The position numbers were made by a program, and so were the translations under genes. From Octopus sinensis (Eukaryota), in the NCBI RefSeq assembly GCF_006345805.1, contig NC_042998.1, forward strand, positions 72,044,001 to 72,108,000: 64,000 nt of DNA, read 5' to 3'. The notes under the pieces are model-generated. The model searched no databases. It was not told the DNA's origin and worked only from the letters and a program-made list of their open reading frames with translations. Positions 13,271-26,459 of this stretch are shown in pieces (the stretch's first letter is position 1; every line of letters begins with the position of its first letter).

Positions 13271-14429
13271 AATAATAAAGTACGTTTGGCCTATCACGAC
13301 CTATAAACCAGCAGCTACGTAAAAGTAAACCATTAAAGGGTGTTATGTGCTAAATATTGTCTAAGTGCGTTCATACATATAGCTACATATATCTAGCTAG
13401 CTATTATTATACAACACCCGCTCAGTTTGTGTGTATGGAATTCATTTCACACGAGGGTTTTATACATAGCCCAAAAGTGACGATTCACCAATAGGTTCTT
13501 CTCACAGAGGAAAATATTGAAATTCTATACAACGATATGTAGTGAAATATTTTCTGAAATTTCTTGCTTACATATTGAGGAATAGTGAAAGCGCGCGGTT
13601 TTGTTGTTCGGAAAACAGCTCACGATCGTACTAACTGTAATTCAAAGAGCCGACTTTTGCCACATGTCGTCTATCATTGAAATTGCTCGAGAACGTGTGC
13701 TTCTGCGTGCGCCCGCGTGTTTGTACGTGCGTTTGAGCGTGTGTTTACTACATAGTTCTGCTCACTCTTCACCGATTACCAACTTGCAGAGTAAACTGAA
13801 TGGTCCTGGTCAATCAGTGGAAACAAACGGATGGAGAACCACACTGATTTGAATCGAACTAGTCATCCATATATTGTTTCCTGGGATCACCTATATACAC
13901 CTAGGAAAAACTGCATGTGTTTCAAATATTTTTATAATAGAGACATTATTTCTTGGTTTGCTCAAAATAAAGTTTCGGAGCATTTTTAAACCCTGAAATG
14001 CTTCTCAGTTCGGTGTTGAATTCTAATTCAGTCTGCCACTCGACATGAAGCCACTTACGGATGTTTTCAAGATTCAAATTAAATTAATCTAATAATGAAA
14101 ATTTGAACGATTTTAGTATAGTGATAAATATGATCTGAGTGCTATAGAAAAAATAATCTCTTCAAAATATTTCTTGTATTAGAACGTTACTGGTTACGCT
14201 GCAAATAACTTGTGACCTGCATACAGAAAGCGATGTAGTGTTATGTATTTCGCTTTGATAATACATGGTTTTGGTATCGATCTCAATGCACTGCTGCATA
14301 GGCAAATATCTTTGAATATAATCTCACTTCAAAGAAAGCCTGCTGACCGAAACTTGGTGCCAGTACCTGTATAAGAGATTGATGTTATCATAGTGTAATA
14401 TATTGTAATGGCTTAGACCAGTTTTGCCC

Positions 14430-15550
14430 AGTGGAGAAAATTTTCAACCTTCTTCCAGCACTGTGTGCCGCTAGAGCCTCGATATCTGATTTGACTATGT
14501 CATAAATAAAACATATTATTACTATGATGGCCTTTGTATTCTCTGAATAAATTTGTGATTGTTTTATGCGTTATTTCAAGGTAAATGTACCAGCAAAACT
14601 CTCTTTTTTTAAATTTAGTGAATAAGTAGCTAGATCGACTGAATATGTTGCGCAGGTTGAGATGTAAGCTGAAGTTGGTAATCACGTAACAATTTTGTTA
14701 CATGCTTTCATAGTGATAATTTTACACAATTTTGCACATGAAACGAATATGTTGTCATACAACTTCACTTATGATATTTGAGTTAATTCACATACTAGCA
14801 ACATATTTAAGGTTGTGCGTATGTAACAAGTGAGATCTAATGAAGCGGATCTATGTCCCAAATAGTTTTCAGCAGACACAATGTTTATTTAAGAGTGTGT
14901 GTAATTCTAATTCATCAACTCTGTCATTGTTACCTTTTCATTTCCAAAACAGAAAGGAAGGCTTGATGTGTGATCAATGTCACTAATATTTAAATGTGAT
15001 TAGTAAAATAGAGGGAACAGGGGTCTTCATTGATGAAATCTATTAAGGGTTACATTTGGGATTGCATATCCCCATCACACTGGAGCCCATATTCGTAACT
15101 TTATTAAAGAATCACAATCATGATGAGAGGTCATGCACAAAAAGGTAAATTGTTCTCACTGAAGTTCATTAGTAAGATGAATAAATTATTGCTTTGATTA
15201 AGGAATAATGGCAAAAAATGCTGATATAAAGGGATGTTTTAGTACTTTTTGTTTCTAGATTACATTATATACAAATATACTTAATCACAATTCAGTGATT
15301 TTGAGCAAATATCTCTTTCACTGCAAAAATTATATTTTCTGTTTATTTTTCACGCAATCATACAATACCTCATATACATATATATGCGTTATATTTACTT
15401 TTGATTCTTTGATAATTCGATACGCCGGTATCAAAGGTCAGTAATATATTACAGACAGTGTCCTTTGTTCACAGCCGTTGAGAATTGGTCGTTATTAACA
15501 TATGATCGTTTTGCAACTTGTTAAGCTTTTTGCCAAATATACGTAAGATT
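14430..15550 (-). pseudogene. Possible highly decayed hAT (Buster/SPIN-like) remnant
   Basis: cagtgg..ttttcaacc..gtgccgc terminus-like sequence at ~14430; weak minus-strand fragments resembling GAPxMxG and HxxIHQ. Confidence 0.25.
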
Positions 15551-15676
15551 TGTAAATATGTAACTAGACTTTCTCTAAACAACACCCTCAAAAGGAAACA
15601 AGAAACGAAAGCAAATGCTACAGTCACATACAATTTATAGACATTTGATTTGCACTACACTTCGACGCTTCTCTAA

Positions 15677-15708
<32 letters not shown>

Positions 15709-15825
15709 GTGTGTATGTATATATATGTATATATATGTATGTGTGTGTACGTGTGTGTACTAAGAAATATATATATATATATATTATATATATATATATG
15801 TATGTATGTATGTATATATATATAT

Positions 15826-15886
<61 letters not shown>

Positions 15887-16258
15887 ATATATATAATATA
15901 TATATATATAAAGTAGTATTATGTTAACTACTAAACATTCAAATGTACATTTTAAAATAAAATTACAGTAGAAAAGTTTGCTTCAAAGAAAATTGAAGTG
16001 ATTACTGATTCACTTGTCATCCTATGAGAGATATTAACAGGAAGCTAAGGATATGGATGTTTCAAACTCTACCCACATTATTAGGGAATGATGATAGGTT
16101 AGAAAAAATTTAATAGTTTATAGATAGACTTTTCTGGATTTTAACACAGCTCGCCTTTGGGAGAAACGACATACCAGCAATGAAAAAGTGACAACACACA
16201 CACTCACACATGCACAAACATACATAAAATATATGAAAATATATACATATATAATTAG

Positions 16259-16340
16259 GCGCAGGCGTGGTTGCGTGGTAATAAGCTTGCTTTCCAACCC
16301 CATGGTCCCGGGTTCATTTCTACTGAGACAAATTGGACAA
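16259..16340 (+). mobile_element. tRNA-derived SINE head fragment
   Basis: gcgcaggcgtggttgcgtggtaataagcttgcttt...atggtcccgggttca with A/B-box-like motifs; matches the heads at 35253 and 38127. Confidence 0.75.
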
Positions 16341-16399
16341 AATATATGGAAAATGAGAATGGTATAAGACGACAACAACTTATATATATTAACTGTCGT

Positions 16400-18905
16400 G
16401 GCTAATCCATACAGCTGTGATAATATTTACCGAAAGCGGAGTTAGCCGTCCCGATTTTGGACTCGATTTCTTTATCCATCTTCACATAATTGGATACAAT
16501 GGAACCGAGATAAGTGAAGGCGGAAACAATTTTTAATGCCTTCCCATTAACATATTCAGTACGGGCAACAGGGGGAAGAGTGGGGATGGTTAAGAATGGG
16601 CTAATGGACCAGCTCAGTGTTGGTGCTAATGGACAGCCCAAAATCTTCAATTTAGGCGAGAATTTGTTTAAAACACATTACATGTCCTTATGTGTATGTA
16701 TGTGCGTGTGTGTGTGTGTGTGTGTTTGTGTGTGTGTGTGCTAGAAATACACAGTCTTCTTCGAATAGCAAATTTCGAACTATCTTAGTTTTGGCTTTCA
16801 AGCGCTGTTGGCTGACCAAGCCAACACTAGGTCTGAACTCAAATTTTACTCCTTCTTTAACACCCTCGAATGTTATTTCCAATATGACGGAAAAATGCAA
16901 AGCAAATAAGAATGGTGCGAGAACACACTCTTGTTATATCTTATTTGAGACTGCGAATGAATTGGACACTTCAACGCTAGATCTGACAGAAGCCATCAAT
17001 ATTTGATGGAAAGGAATTATGACATTGAGCATCTTTTTGGGGACACCTAGGTTTCTGTGGATAAGCCAAAGATCATCCCATGATTCGGTGATGAAAGATT
17101 TAGTTACATCTACAAAATTGACAAAATGGCCTCGGTTGTGCTCACGAGCTTTTTCTTGCTGCTGCCTTAGGCTTAAATGCATATCCAATGTTCTTCTACC
17201 AGACCAAAATCCACACTGAGATTCAGGCAGCATTAAGCTGGCAAGGGAATCATTTAGTTATTTAAGGTAACCCTTCCAAGGATCTTCCTAACAACACACA
17301 AAAGGAAGAAATCTATATGGTTGTCACATTCACATCTTTTACCTTTGTGCCTTTGTGCTTATAAAGATGGACAATGGAAGCGTCTTTGAACTCTTGTGGG
17401 ATAGTTCTTGATTCCCAGATTATGGAGAAGAGTGCACATAATATGTTCAGCAGGAGACTGCTGCCACATTTATATATCTCATTCCCAGCCGACTTTACAT
17501 TCGTGAGCTACTTTGTGGCCCTTTTTGTTTTAGCATTTCATGGAGAAACTGAAAGTTTCTCAAGGGTAGTTCTTTGCGGTAGTCTGATGATGAATTTTTA
17601 ATATTCAGAACATTTGAAGAGTGCCCCACCCAGCGCTTCGTGATCTATTTATCTGTCAGAAAATTACCCTCATTTCAAAGTTTGAGAGTTGAGCTACCAG
17701 ACAGGGGTCAAATATCAACCGTTAAATTCTGGTAGAATGACTTTTAGTGACATCTGTTCGCAGTATCTTGCAATTCTTGTTACTTCCTTTGCTACCATAT
17801 ATGTTTCATTTGCCTCCGTTGAGATTGGCATTTATTCTTGGCCTTTTAAAACACATTATGTTTTGCAGCATTATTTCTATTTGACATTCATTGACAGTGG
17901 CACTTATGCATATTGTCCAAAGGAGGATTACTGTTTGGATCATTTGAGTCAAACCTATCTTGGTGCTTCCTATTAACATACCCAAGTGTTTCACAAGATG
18001 ACTCAAATACAGCATTTCTAAAAGCGGATCACGCTGATTCAATATCAGTGTTGTCTGAAATGCTAGCAAGTTTTTTTGTCACAGGTTGTTTGAAATGACG
18101 TTAAATTGTCATTGTTCCTTTACTTTGTGACATATACTTTTTGAAATGGTCGAGTACGATTGCTATGAATAGGACTGCGGAGAGTCAAATTCACCTTTGA
18201 TCGTGTCAGTCTATGGTCAGACCAGTTTTTACCAATGGAGAAAGAACGTGCAACTTGGGACATCTTCTCTCACGGAAGACCTCACAATTATATAATCAAT
18301 GAGGAGATAATGGATTAATCGGGGATGCTTGCAGGTAGTTTTGTAGTGGTTGGGGAGTTGAAGATTAGTTTGGTAATCAAAAGTCTATACTCACAGCAAA
18401 GCGATTGCAGCAGATGGCCATGTGAGTTTGCCTTGCCAACACCATGCTTCCTTTCTACCCCACTCGATATGGATATATCGCAGCCTATACTTGCATTGGA
18501 ATCACCAAGTAGGAGAAGTTTATCGTGGATGGAGACACCTACCAACTGGTTACGTAGCCCAGAGTAGAACTGCTATTTAACTGCGTCATTTAAGTTTACT
18601 ATTGGAGCATAGCAGCTGAAAATAGCTGCGAATTGTTTTGCCAAGCCAAATGAGCAATGACGTGAGTCTTTCACTAATGCCAACAGGCACAGATTCAAGT
18701 TGTTTCACTAGGTTATTCAAACTAGCAAACCCAACACCTGCCTCATACTTTACTTACTGAGTCTTGCCTATCTAGAAAAGAAAAGTGCATCTTCCATCAA
18801 CTTCATGTAGCTGACCACAATCCGCTAATCTGTTTTCTGAGAAAGCTGCTATTCCGATGAGTTTTTCATTCAAGACGCGAGAAAACAAAGCGATCCTACG
18901 TTCCA
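16400..18905 (-). mobile_element. Decayed RTE-clade LINE (APE endonuclease plus RT), with a (TG)n insertion at ~16690-16740
   Basis: APE: AGVGFA, CYAP, DKLLLLGDSNASIG, KHGVGKANSHGHLL..C. RT: LPESQCGFWSGRRTLD, FVDVTKSF, LGVPKKMLNVI, LLFEEDC, FTYLGSIVS, EIESKIGTANSAFGK. Many stops and frameshifts. Confidence 0.9.
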
Positions 18906-18952
18906 TACTTTTCTTGATATCGTTACATATATATTTACATAAATATATATAT

Positions 18953-19004
<52 letters not shown>

Positions 19005-21199
19005 ATATATATACGTGGTTGTAGCCAACAGCGGGTTTATTGAATAAATTTACTCTTTAGTACTGCAACATATTTTTATGTAATTTTGGCAAACGCATCT
19101 GTTAAAATGAGATGTCAGTGTTACTTTCATTTTTGCGTAATTTAGACGACAGTTTATTCACTGCACCCTGTATTAGTTTCATGAAAATGATCATAATTAT
19201 ATGGAACCTAAGGTGATCATGGCGATATCACAACGGATTAAAAGAAGTGAAAAGTTTGCACAAAAGAAAGAGCATACATTTATGGAAATAGAAACATAGT
19301 AGAAGTTACGTGAAGAGAATAAATGGAATCATAAAACATACCCTGACCCAAAGAAATATATTCTACTCTCATGTAAAACTTTCATCACAATCTGGCTACA
19401 TCCACAGACACTTTTAGTTTTAATATCCTATTTCCTACGCATAAAATACTTCGTAAATATTGAAGAAAATGACATTTCCGTACCCTTTACTTCATCTTGG
19501 AAAATGTATTTTCATACCTCTAGCCCCTCAGGCTTAGATATACTTTATTTGTATAGCTTATACATATTTGTGTACGTATGCGAACGTAAGTCAGCGTGTG
19601 TATATGAGTGTGTGTCTGTCAATGTATGACAGCATTTCATTGCAATATTTGTTAAAGTATCTCTTATTGGTACTTCAAACAAGCTAGCAATCTTAAGCAA
19701 TATTGCTCAATATCTAAGATAACAACTCTCAAAAGTTTTCACTTTACCTAATGCATTTATTCATCGCATTATCTTTACAGAGATTCATCACAAGGTACCA
19801 TTACCATAAAATTTCTCGCCCTGAAGAATTTTGGTACAGTAATATTTGTTACTGCCTTACTAAACGCAATCTACCTGCATTAGAAATAATTTTAAAATAG
19901 TCATTCTTGCATCCTAAACAGTGTATAAACTATTACACACGCACGCTCGAACTTGCGCACCACACACACACACACACATACACACACACACACACACACT
20001 CACACCACACGCATACATAAATATCTGCAGGTTTGTGTTTTACACACCAACACATCCACTCAATTACTAAACTCAACTTATTATTTTTTTTGTATGCATT
20101 TATATTTTAATAAAAGAATCAGGCAGTAGATAAAATATAATTGAAATTTTTCTCGAAACATTTATTATTAACAATTTTCTTCTATATTAACCAAATGACT
20201 GTACTTGTTGAAAGCAATATTCCCAGTTTCTCTTGTACGTATACCTACATATATGATTATTCAGTGAAAGCAAAATTTAGTGTTGCATATATCTTCAGCT
20301 CTTAACGTCTCTAGTATTTCATCTTTACAATTTTGTACCAATGTTATTTTATGACAATATAATTATCATAATTTTAATCTTTATATTAATAATAATTATA
20401 AGTCTAGTATATTTACCACCTATAGTATAGTATATAATTATAAGTATAGTATATTTGTACCTATGGTACGATGCTACTGTAGTTTATAGCCCCTACAGTA
20501 GCATATGAGTCAGCCACATTAAGGCAGCAAATATACTTCACGATGTCGTCCTGCTACTGTTTACATCATGCTCAGAGATATATTATTGATAAGCATAAGT
20601 TATAATGATCTTAACATTTTCGTTTTTGGATTTGGTTTGCAAGATTCCTTACGTGAATTCGTGTGTTGAAGCATATTCTGTTGTGTCTGAGGAGAGTATT
20701 TTCTTTTTGTGCCTTATAATTTAACACACTCACCTGTAAAATTTCCACTTATTCCATATTTTTATTTTCCTAATTTTTCTTACTATTTATCATACCGTAA
20801 TAAAGGTTTCATTCTGTAACTTCGTACTAATGTAACAATCTCCAGTTCCTCATATATTTCTAATTTTCAGTTAAATCTTTGACTCATTGTGTTATTCCTT
20901 TCTTATCTGTGAATAATTTTGAGGTTGCTTCCTTCACATCCATAATATTAATGAATTTCTTGAGTATCGTTAAGAGAATCGCATATTTCAGCAGTAATTT
21001 CTCTAACGCATTCATCATATTGACGAACGAGTATATTCCCCACCCCTCACGTATACTCGTATATCTCTTCTCCCACTTCAACTTGCAGTAGTTGATGATA
21101 ATAATAGATGAATGATAATGTTTAAAATTAAATTAAAATAAAATAGAATAAAAACAAAAGAAATGTTGTAAACGTATACTTCTATAAAGTATAAAAATA

Positions 21200-22500
21200 A
21201 CATTTTAATAATGCAAATCGCTTGTGTACAGAAAGTTGGTAGTAGAATTTGTCATGGCATCTGTACCTGCATCAGCTCATTCAGTCCTTGACAAATCTAC
21301 ATACACTTGTCGAAGCACAAGTAGTTAATATTAGAAGAAATGGCCGGTTTTACACAGGGGTTAACACTAAGATTTATCGGCTGTTTATGCGAAAGCCACT
21401 TGGACAGGAAGCTACAATTACATAAGTGTGAATGGTAGAATGGTGTTAAAAGGTCTCAGTTTTATTCTTAGTGGAATGACATGCTTTCCGTAATGTTCAC
21501 CTTCTGTAACATTCTGGATCTCAATCATGCATTTATAGAAATGAATTATTCAAATACTTGTCCTATTATAAATTCCATAACCTTATTTAAATTTCACAAT
21601 AGCATTACAGCGCATCCATTTTCAATGTAAACGAATTATGTTGGGTGTGTTACATAATAGTTGAAGTTGTTTAGACACTTCATTGTATAATTGTACAAAT
21701 TATCTTCATCATTGACGGAATCAAGACTTTTCTGACTCTTGCTAATATATTAATAATTCCCTTAATTATAAAATCCGGTCTAGGAAGTAACATTTCTCCG
21801 TCTGCCATGCTCGATAGTTCTAAAGGGACTTGATTTATATTTCCGTATATAATATATCTATTTCTTTACTACCCACAAGGGGCTCAACCCAGAGAGGACA
21901 AACAAGGACAAACGGATTAAGTCGATTATATCGACCCCAGTGCGTAACTGGTACTTATTTAATCGACCCCGAAAGGATGAAAGGCAAAGTCAACCTCGGC
22001 GGAATTTGAACTCACAACGTAACAGCAGACGAAATACGGCTACGCATTTCGCCCGGCGTGCTAACGTTTCTGCCAGCTCGCCGCCGTATATAATATATCG
22101 TCTAACTCCCGGATACCTAAGGATTACATCTTGCCTCTTCCAGGTCTGTCACTCTTCCTCTATTAAGTAATTCAATTCCACTGTCATTTTCCCGTTTCCT
22201 CTCGTATCTAGTGCCTGGTGCACACAATGAGATGTTCATTTCCATCGGAATTCCCTCAGCATAAACAGTATTTGATACGTCCTTTTCTGACTTTGCTGAC
22301 ATTTCAAGATCTTTCATATAAATCAAATGAATATGGTTCGGTCCCATTGTTTCGAACTTGTAAACCACCTCTGGCATCAAAATCACAAAGCAGAGAGGAA
22401 TCCAAAGGAGCAAATGACTTGCTGTGAAACACGATACCATTGACAAGCAGGGTTATTTGAAACTGTGTAGTACCTCAATTCTTCATGTTTTTATTCAGTA
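21200..22500 (-). mobile_element. Decayed Penelope-like element N-terminal/RT region, split by a SINE
   Basis: Minus strand H..LC...PRGGLQV (PLE H..FL..C...PKGL), NII...GCAVML (ADKG.AVV-like), YLNNSF..DP, HK...P.KPAIS. Confidence 0.45.
21859..22085 (-). mobile_element. Full-length tRNA-derived SINE with target-site duplication
   Basis: Head ggcggcgagctggcagaaacgttagc...gagttcaaattcc (B box), core gactttgcctttcatcctttcggggtcgat, tail ...gtagtaaagaaata. Perfect TSD gtatataatatatc at 21845-21858 and 22086-22099. Confidence 0.92.
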
Positions 22501-22673
22501 TATGTATATTGTATGCGACCTTAATCATGTCCGCGGACTCAAGTGTTCATGGGTCCAGTAATATAAGGTACACTTTTATTAATGCAACACGCATTAATGC
22601 TACTGGCTGTGCCTCAGCATGCTGGCAGCCTCTATCTGAAATAAATGAATAAAAGATTACACACAAACACACA

Positions 22674-22727
<54 letters not shown>

Positions 22728-22772
22728 AGTATGCACACACACACACACACACACACAGTCACACACACACAT

Positions 22773-22812
<40 letters not shown>

Positions 22813-23037
22813 GTAATATATTTCGAAGGACATTTTTATTTTGCCAAATAAACACATGTATAATATATTCGATCTCCACTCGGTTATTATTCTTATTTTA
22901 TCTCAAATCCACTGCCAGGATATCAGAAGCAAGTGAATGGAATAGTCATTGAAGAGGTCACATATGTGGGACGTGAAATTACTAGACAATCGACTGAAGA
23001 TACACTAGGAACAATAATAAACGAAGTGAAGAACGCA

Positions 23038-23070
<33 letters not shown>

Positions 23071-23132
23071 GTATTATTTATATATATATATACATATATA
23101 GGTATATATATATCTATATATAACTTATGTTA

Positions 23133-23176
<44 letters not shown>

Positions 23177-23225
23177 ATATAATTATATATATATAAACTT
23201 TATTTTAAATAGCAGAAAATTCCAA

Positions 23226-23275
23226 CAAAATCTTTTACTCTGAGTTTCTCGTTGCCGTTCATCAGACAGTTTTTG
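23226..23275 (-). ncRNA. Minimal type-I hammerhead ribozyme (inverted copy, one stem-I mismatch)
   Basis: Reverse complement: caaaaactgt CTGATGA acggcaacga GAAA ctcagag TA aaagattttg. Differs from the 25434 copy at 23234. Confidence 0.72.
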
Positions 23276-25433
23276 CTAGAATGGAACTGATATATCAATT
23301 CAATCTATACTCTTACAAACGCTACACCTTTAAAAAGAAATGGACTTGTTTGATTGGCCCTTTAGAAAAAACGGTCAATCTTCGAGCGATAAACAAAAAG
23401 GTCAAAAATATAGTGTATATTAATATAAAAAACTTATAAAAATTATAAAATCCGAGGAAAAAACCTATTGACGTTAATGAAGACAGTGCAAATTAATGCA
23501 TAGAAATTAAACCTGTTATAAATACTGCAATACATATTTATATAAAATCTACATATATATATCAACATACACAAAAGGATGCGCGTAAACGCCATACATA
23601 CATATACAGACGTATGAGTATAATCTAAATTACACATAAAAGCATGTGTACATATATTCACGCAAACCGTCTCGCACGCAAGCTAAAATTCATCTATGTA
23701 GCAATTCTCATATACTGGGCAAGGATGGAGAACGAAAGAAGGGAGAGAGAGAAAAAGGAACGAAGGAGGGTGGGGAAAAAACGAAATAAGAAAAAAATTC
23801 ATATATACAAGCAGTGTAACTGTGTTATTGGCATCTATAGAGACCAGTATACATACACAAGTTTGAATGGATACATATACATACCGTCGTGTATATGTGT
23901 GCTTAAGCACAAACATACTTTCATTTACACATACACAGATACGCATGCTTACAAATACATATGCTTTGCTATACACATACTTATATAAACATTCAAGTCT
24001 GCACTTGAAATTATTTTTGTAAGCTCCATGCCTGTACCCAGAGAATAGGAAGAAAACCAGCCTAGCAAAATATGTCAGGCCTGTATGGTGCCGCCCTGTC
24101 CAGAATGCTCCCGTCACGTTGAAAGGTGGGGCTTCCTTTTCTTTTAGTTCCCAGACATATTTTGCTAGGCTGGTTTTCTTCCTATTCTCTGGGTACAGGC
24201 ATGGAGCTTACAAAAATAATTTCAAGTGCAGACTTTGTCTATTAGAAAAAATGTACATCTTATTCAAAGACAATAATTCTTTGAATCAAAGAAGTGAGTT
24301 AATGAACTTATGTAGGCACGCGGCTAAATTTAAAATGTCGAATATAAATATACCATATGGATAGAGTATATATTTTTTGTATTTTTTGATTTTGATTTTG
24401 ATTTTGACTCTTGAGCGCTACGATGGATTTTGATTTTGATTTTGTTTTTGTTTCCAGGCTATGCGGATCTTAATCCGTATAGCAAAGTCTTATGTTTCTA
24501 CATATATATTAGGAAAAAACCTACAAACTTTGTTTTCATGTTATTGTATTGCATAGGATTACCTTGATTATTTATATTACCTGATTATTTATAAATGACT
24601 CAAAATAGGATGTTATATTTTTTTATATGTCTTTCGTATATATTTTATTAATGCACCCATTTTTTAAAAGCAATGTTTTTTAAAAAAATGTTGTCAATGT
24701 TGTCAAAATTAGAATGTTTATATAAGTATGTGTATAGCAAAGCATATGTATTTGTAAGCATGCGTATCTGTGTATGTGTAAGTGAAAGTATGTTTGTGCT
24801 TAAGCACACATATACACGACGGTATGTATATGTATCCATTCAAACTTGTGTATGTATACTGGTCTCTATAGATGCCAATAACACAGTTACACTGCTTGTA
24901 TATATGAATTTTTTTCTTATTTCGTTTTTTTCCCCACCCCTCCTTCGTTCCTTTTTCTCTCTCTCCCTTTCTTTCGTTCTCCCTCCTTGCCCAGTATATG
25001 AGAATTGCTACATAGATGAATTTTAGCTTGCGTGCGAGACGGTTTGCGTGAATATATGTACACATGCTTTTATGTGTATATTTAGATTTATACTCATACG
25101 TCTGTATACGTATGTATGGCGTTTACGCGCATCCTTTTGTGTATGTTGATATATATATGTAGATTTTAATATAAATATGTATTGCAGTATTTATAACAGG
25201 TTTAATTTCTATGCATTAATTTGCACTGTCTTCATTAACGTCAATAGGTTTTTTCCTCGGATTTTATAAATTTTATAAGTTTTTTATATATATACATATA
25301 TTTTGACCTTTTTGTTTATCGCTCGAAGATTGACCGTTTTTTTCTAAAGGGCCAATCAAACAAGTCCATTTCTTTTTAAAGGTGTAGCGTTTGTAAGAAT
25401 ATAGATTGAATTGATATATCAGTTCCATTCTAG

Positions 25434-25483
25434 CAAAAACTGTCTGATGAACGGCAACGAGAAACTCAGAGTAACAGATTTTG
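25434..25483 (+). ncRNA. Minimal type-I hammerhead ribozyme in PLE pseudo-LTR
   Basis: caaaaactgt-CTGATGA(25444-50)-a CG GCAA CG a-GAAA(25461-64)-ctcagag-TA-acagattttg. Stem I ctgt/acag, GCAA-capped stem II, palindromic stem III (ACTC-A-GAGT), GUA cleavage triplet. Confidence 0.8.
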
Positions 25484-26007
25484 TTGAATTTTCTGCTGCT
25501 TAAAATAAAGCATATTACTCTACCACTGGTATTTGAGTACTCTTTTTTCCACCTTGTTTCACATTTATGTGTTTACTCCGGTATATATATATATATACAT
25601 ACATACATACATACATACATGTATATGTATGTATGTAAGCATGTATGCATCTATACGCATAAAATTATTTGTTTCCTTTTCACCTATTATATTTTCTCGC
25701 TGTATACAAGAGAGTAGGCGTTTTTGTATGAATCTGTATATATATATATCCGTTTCAGTTACGAATGTGTGTACATGAATATATGTTCACGTGTAACTGG
25801 AACACTTCTATGGTCACGAGAACCGTTTCTTTCAAATATATTCTTAGACATTCCAGATTAATCAATAGTATTGTTAAAGTTTTTAAAGTTTTGTGCAGTA
25901 TATTTCAGAAATATATTTGAAAATCTAAATGCGTTTCATTTATAACTCAAATATAAATATTGCATGAAGAGATATGCATATGTGTTTTATGTATTAAATG
26001 TACTATG

Positions 26008-26142
<135 letters not shown>

Positions 26143-26171
26143 TGGTATATACATGTATATATGTATATATA

Positions 26172-26287
26172 TATATAAGAAAAAGGGGACAGGCAAACAG
26201 GTTGCTTGACCGCATACCGAAAAAATAGAAATAGCAGTCAAGAATGCTTATTTCTATCAAAGTTGCCTGTCCCCTTTTTCTTATATA
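26172..26287. repeat. Short fold-back element with 25-bp perfect inverted arms
   Basis: tatataagaaaaaggggacaggcaa ... ttgcctgtcccctttttcttatata; internal hairpin atagaaatagca/tgcttatttctat. Confidence 0.85.
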
Positions 26288-26411
26288 CAATATATATACT
26301 GAACTTTACAGAAGTTCCTGCCGGTAATCGGCTATATTTACATACCGAATTCTACCAGTAAATAATTGGGGTTTTTTTAAAGCCTTTATAGAAATTATTT
26401 ACTCTTATTAT

Positions 26412-26458
<47 letters not shown>

Positions 26459-26459
26459 G

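Larger units (their letters stand above)
23198..25510 (+). mobile_element. 5'-truncated Penelope-like element with inverted pseudo-LTR copy (2.3-kb fold-back)
   Basis: 23198-24076 is the near-identical reverse complement of 24154-24235 plus 24712-25510. ORF 24119-24364 ends AYKNNFKCRLCLLEKMYIL...LNQRSELMNLCRH, the PLE GIY-YIG C-terminus. Flanked by (TA)n. Confidence 0.9.
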
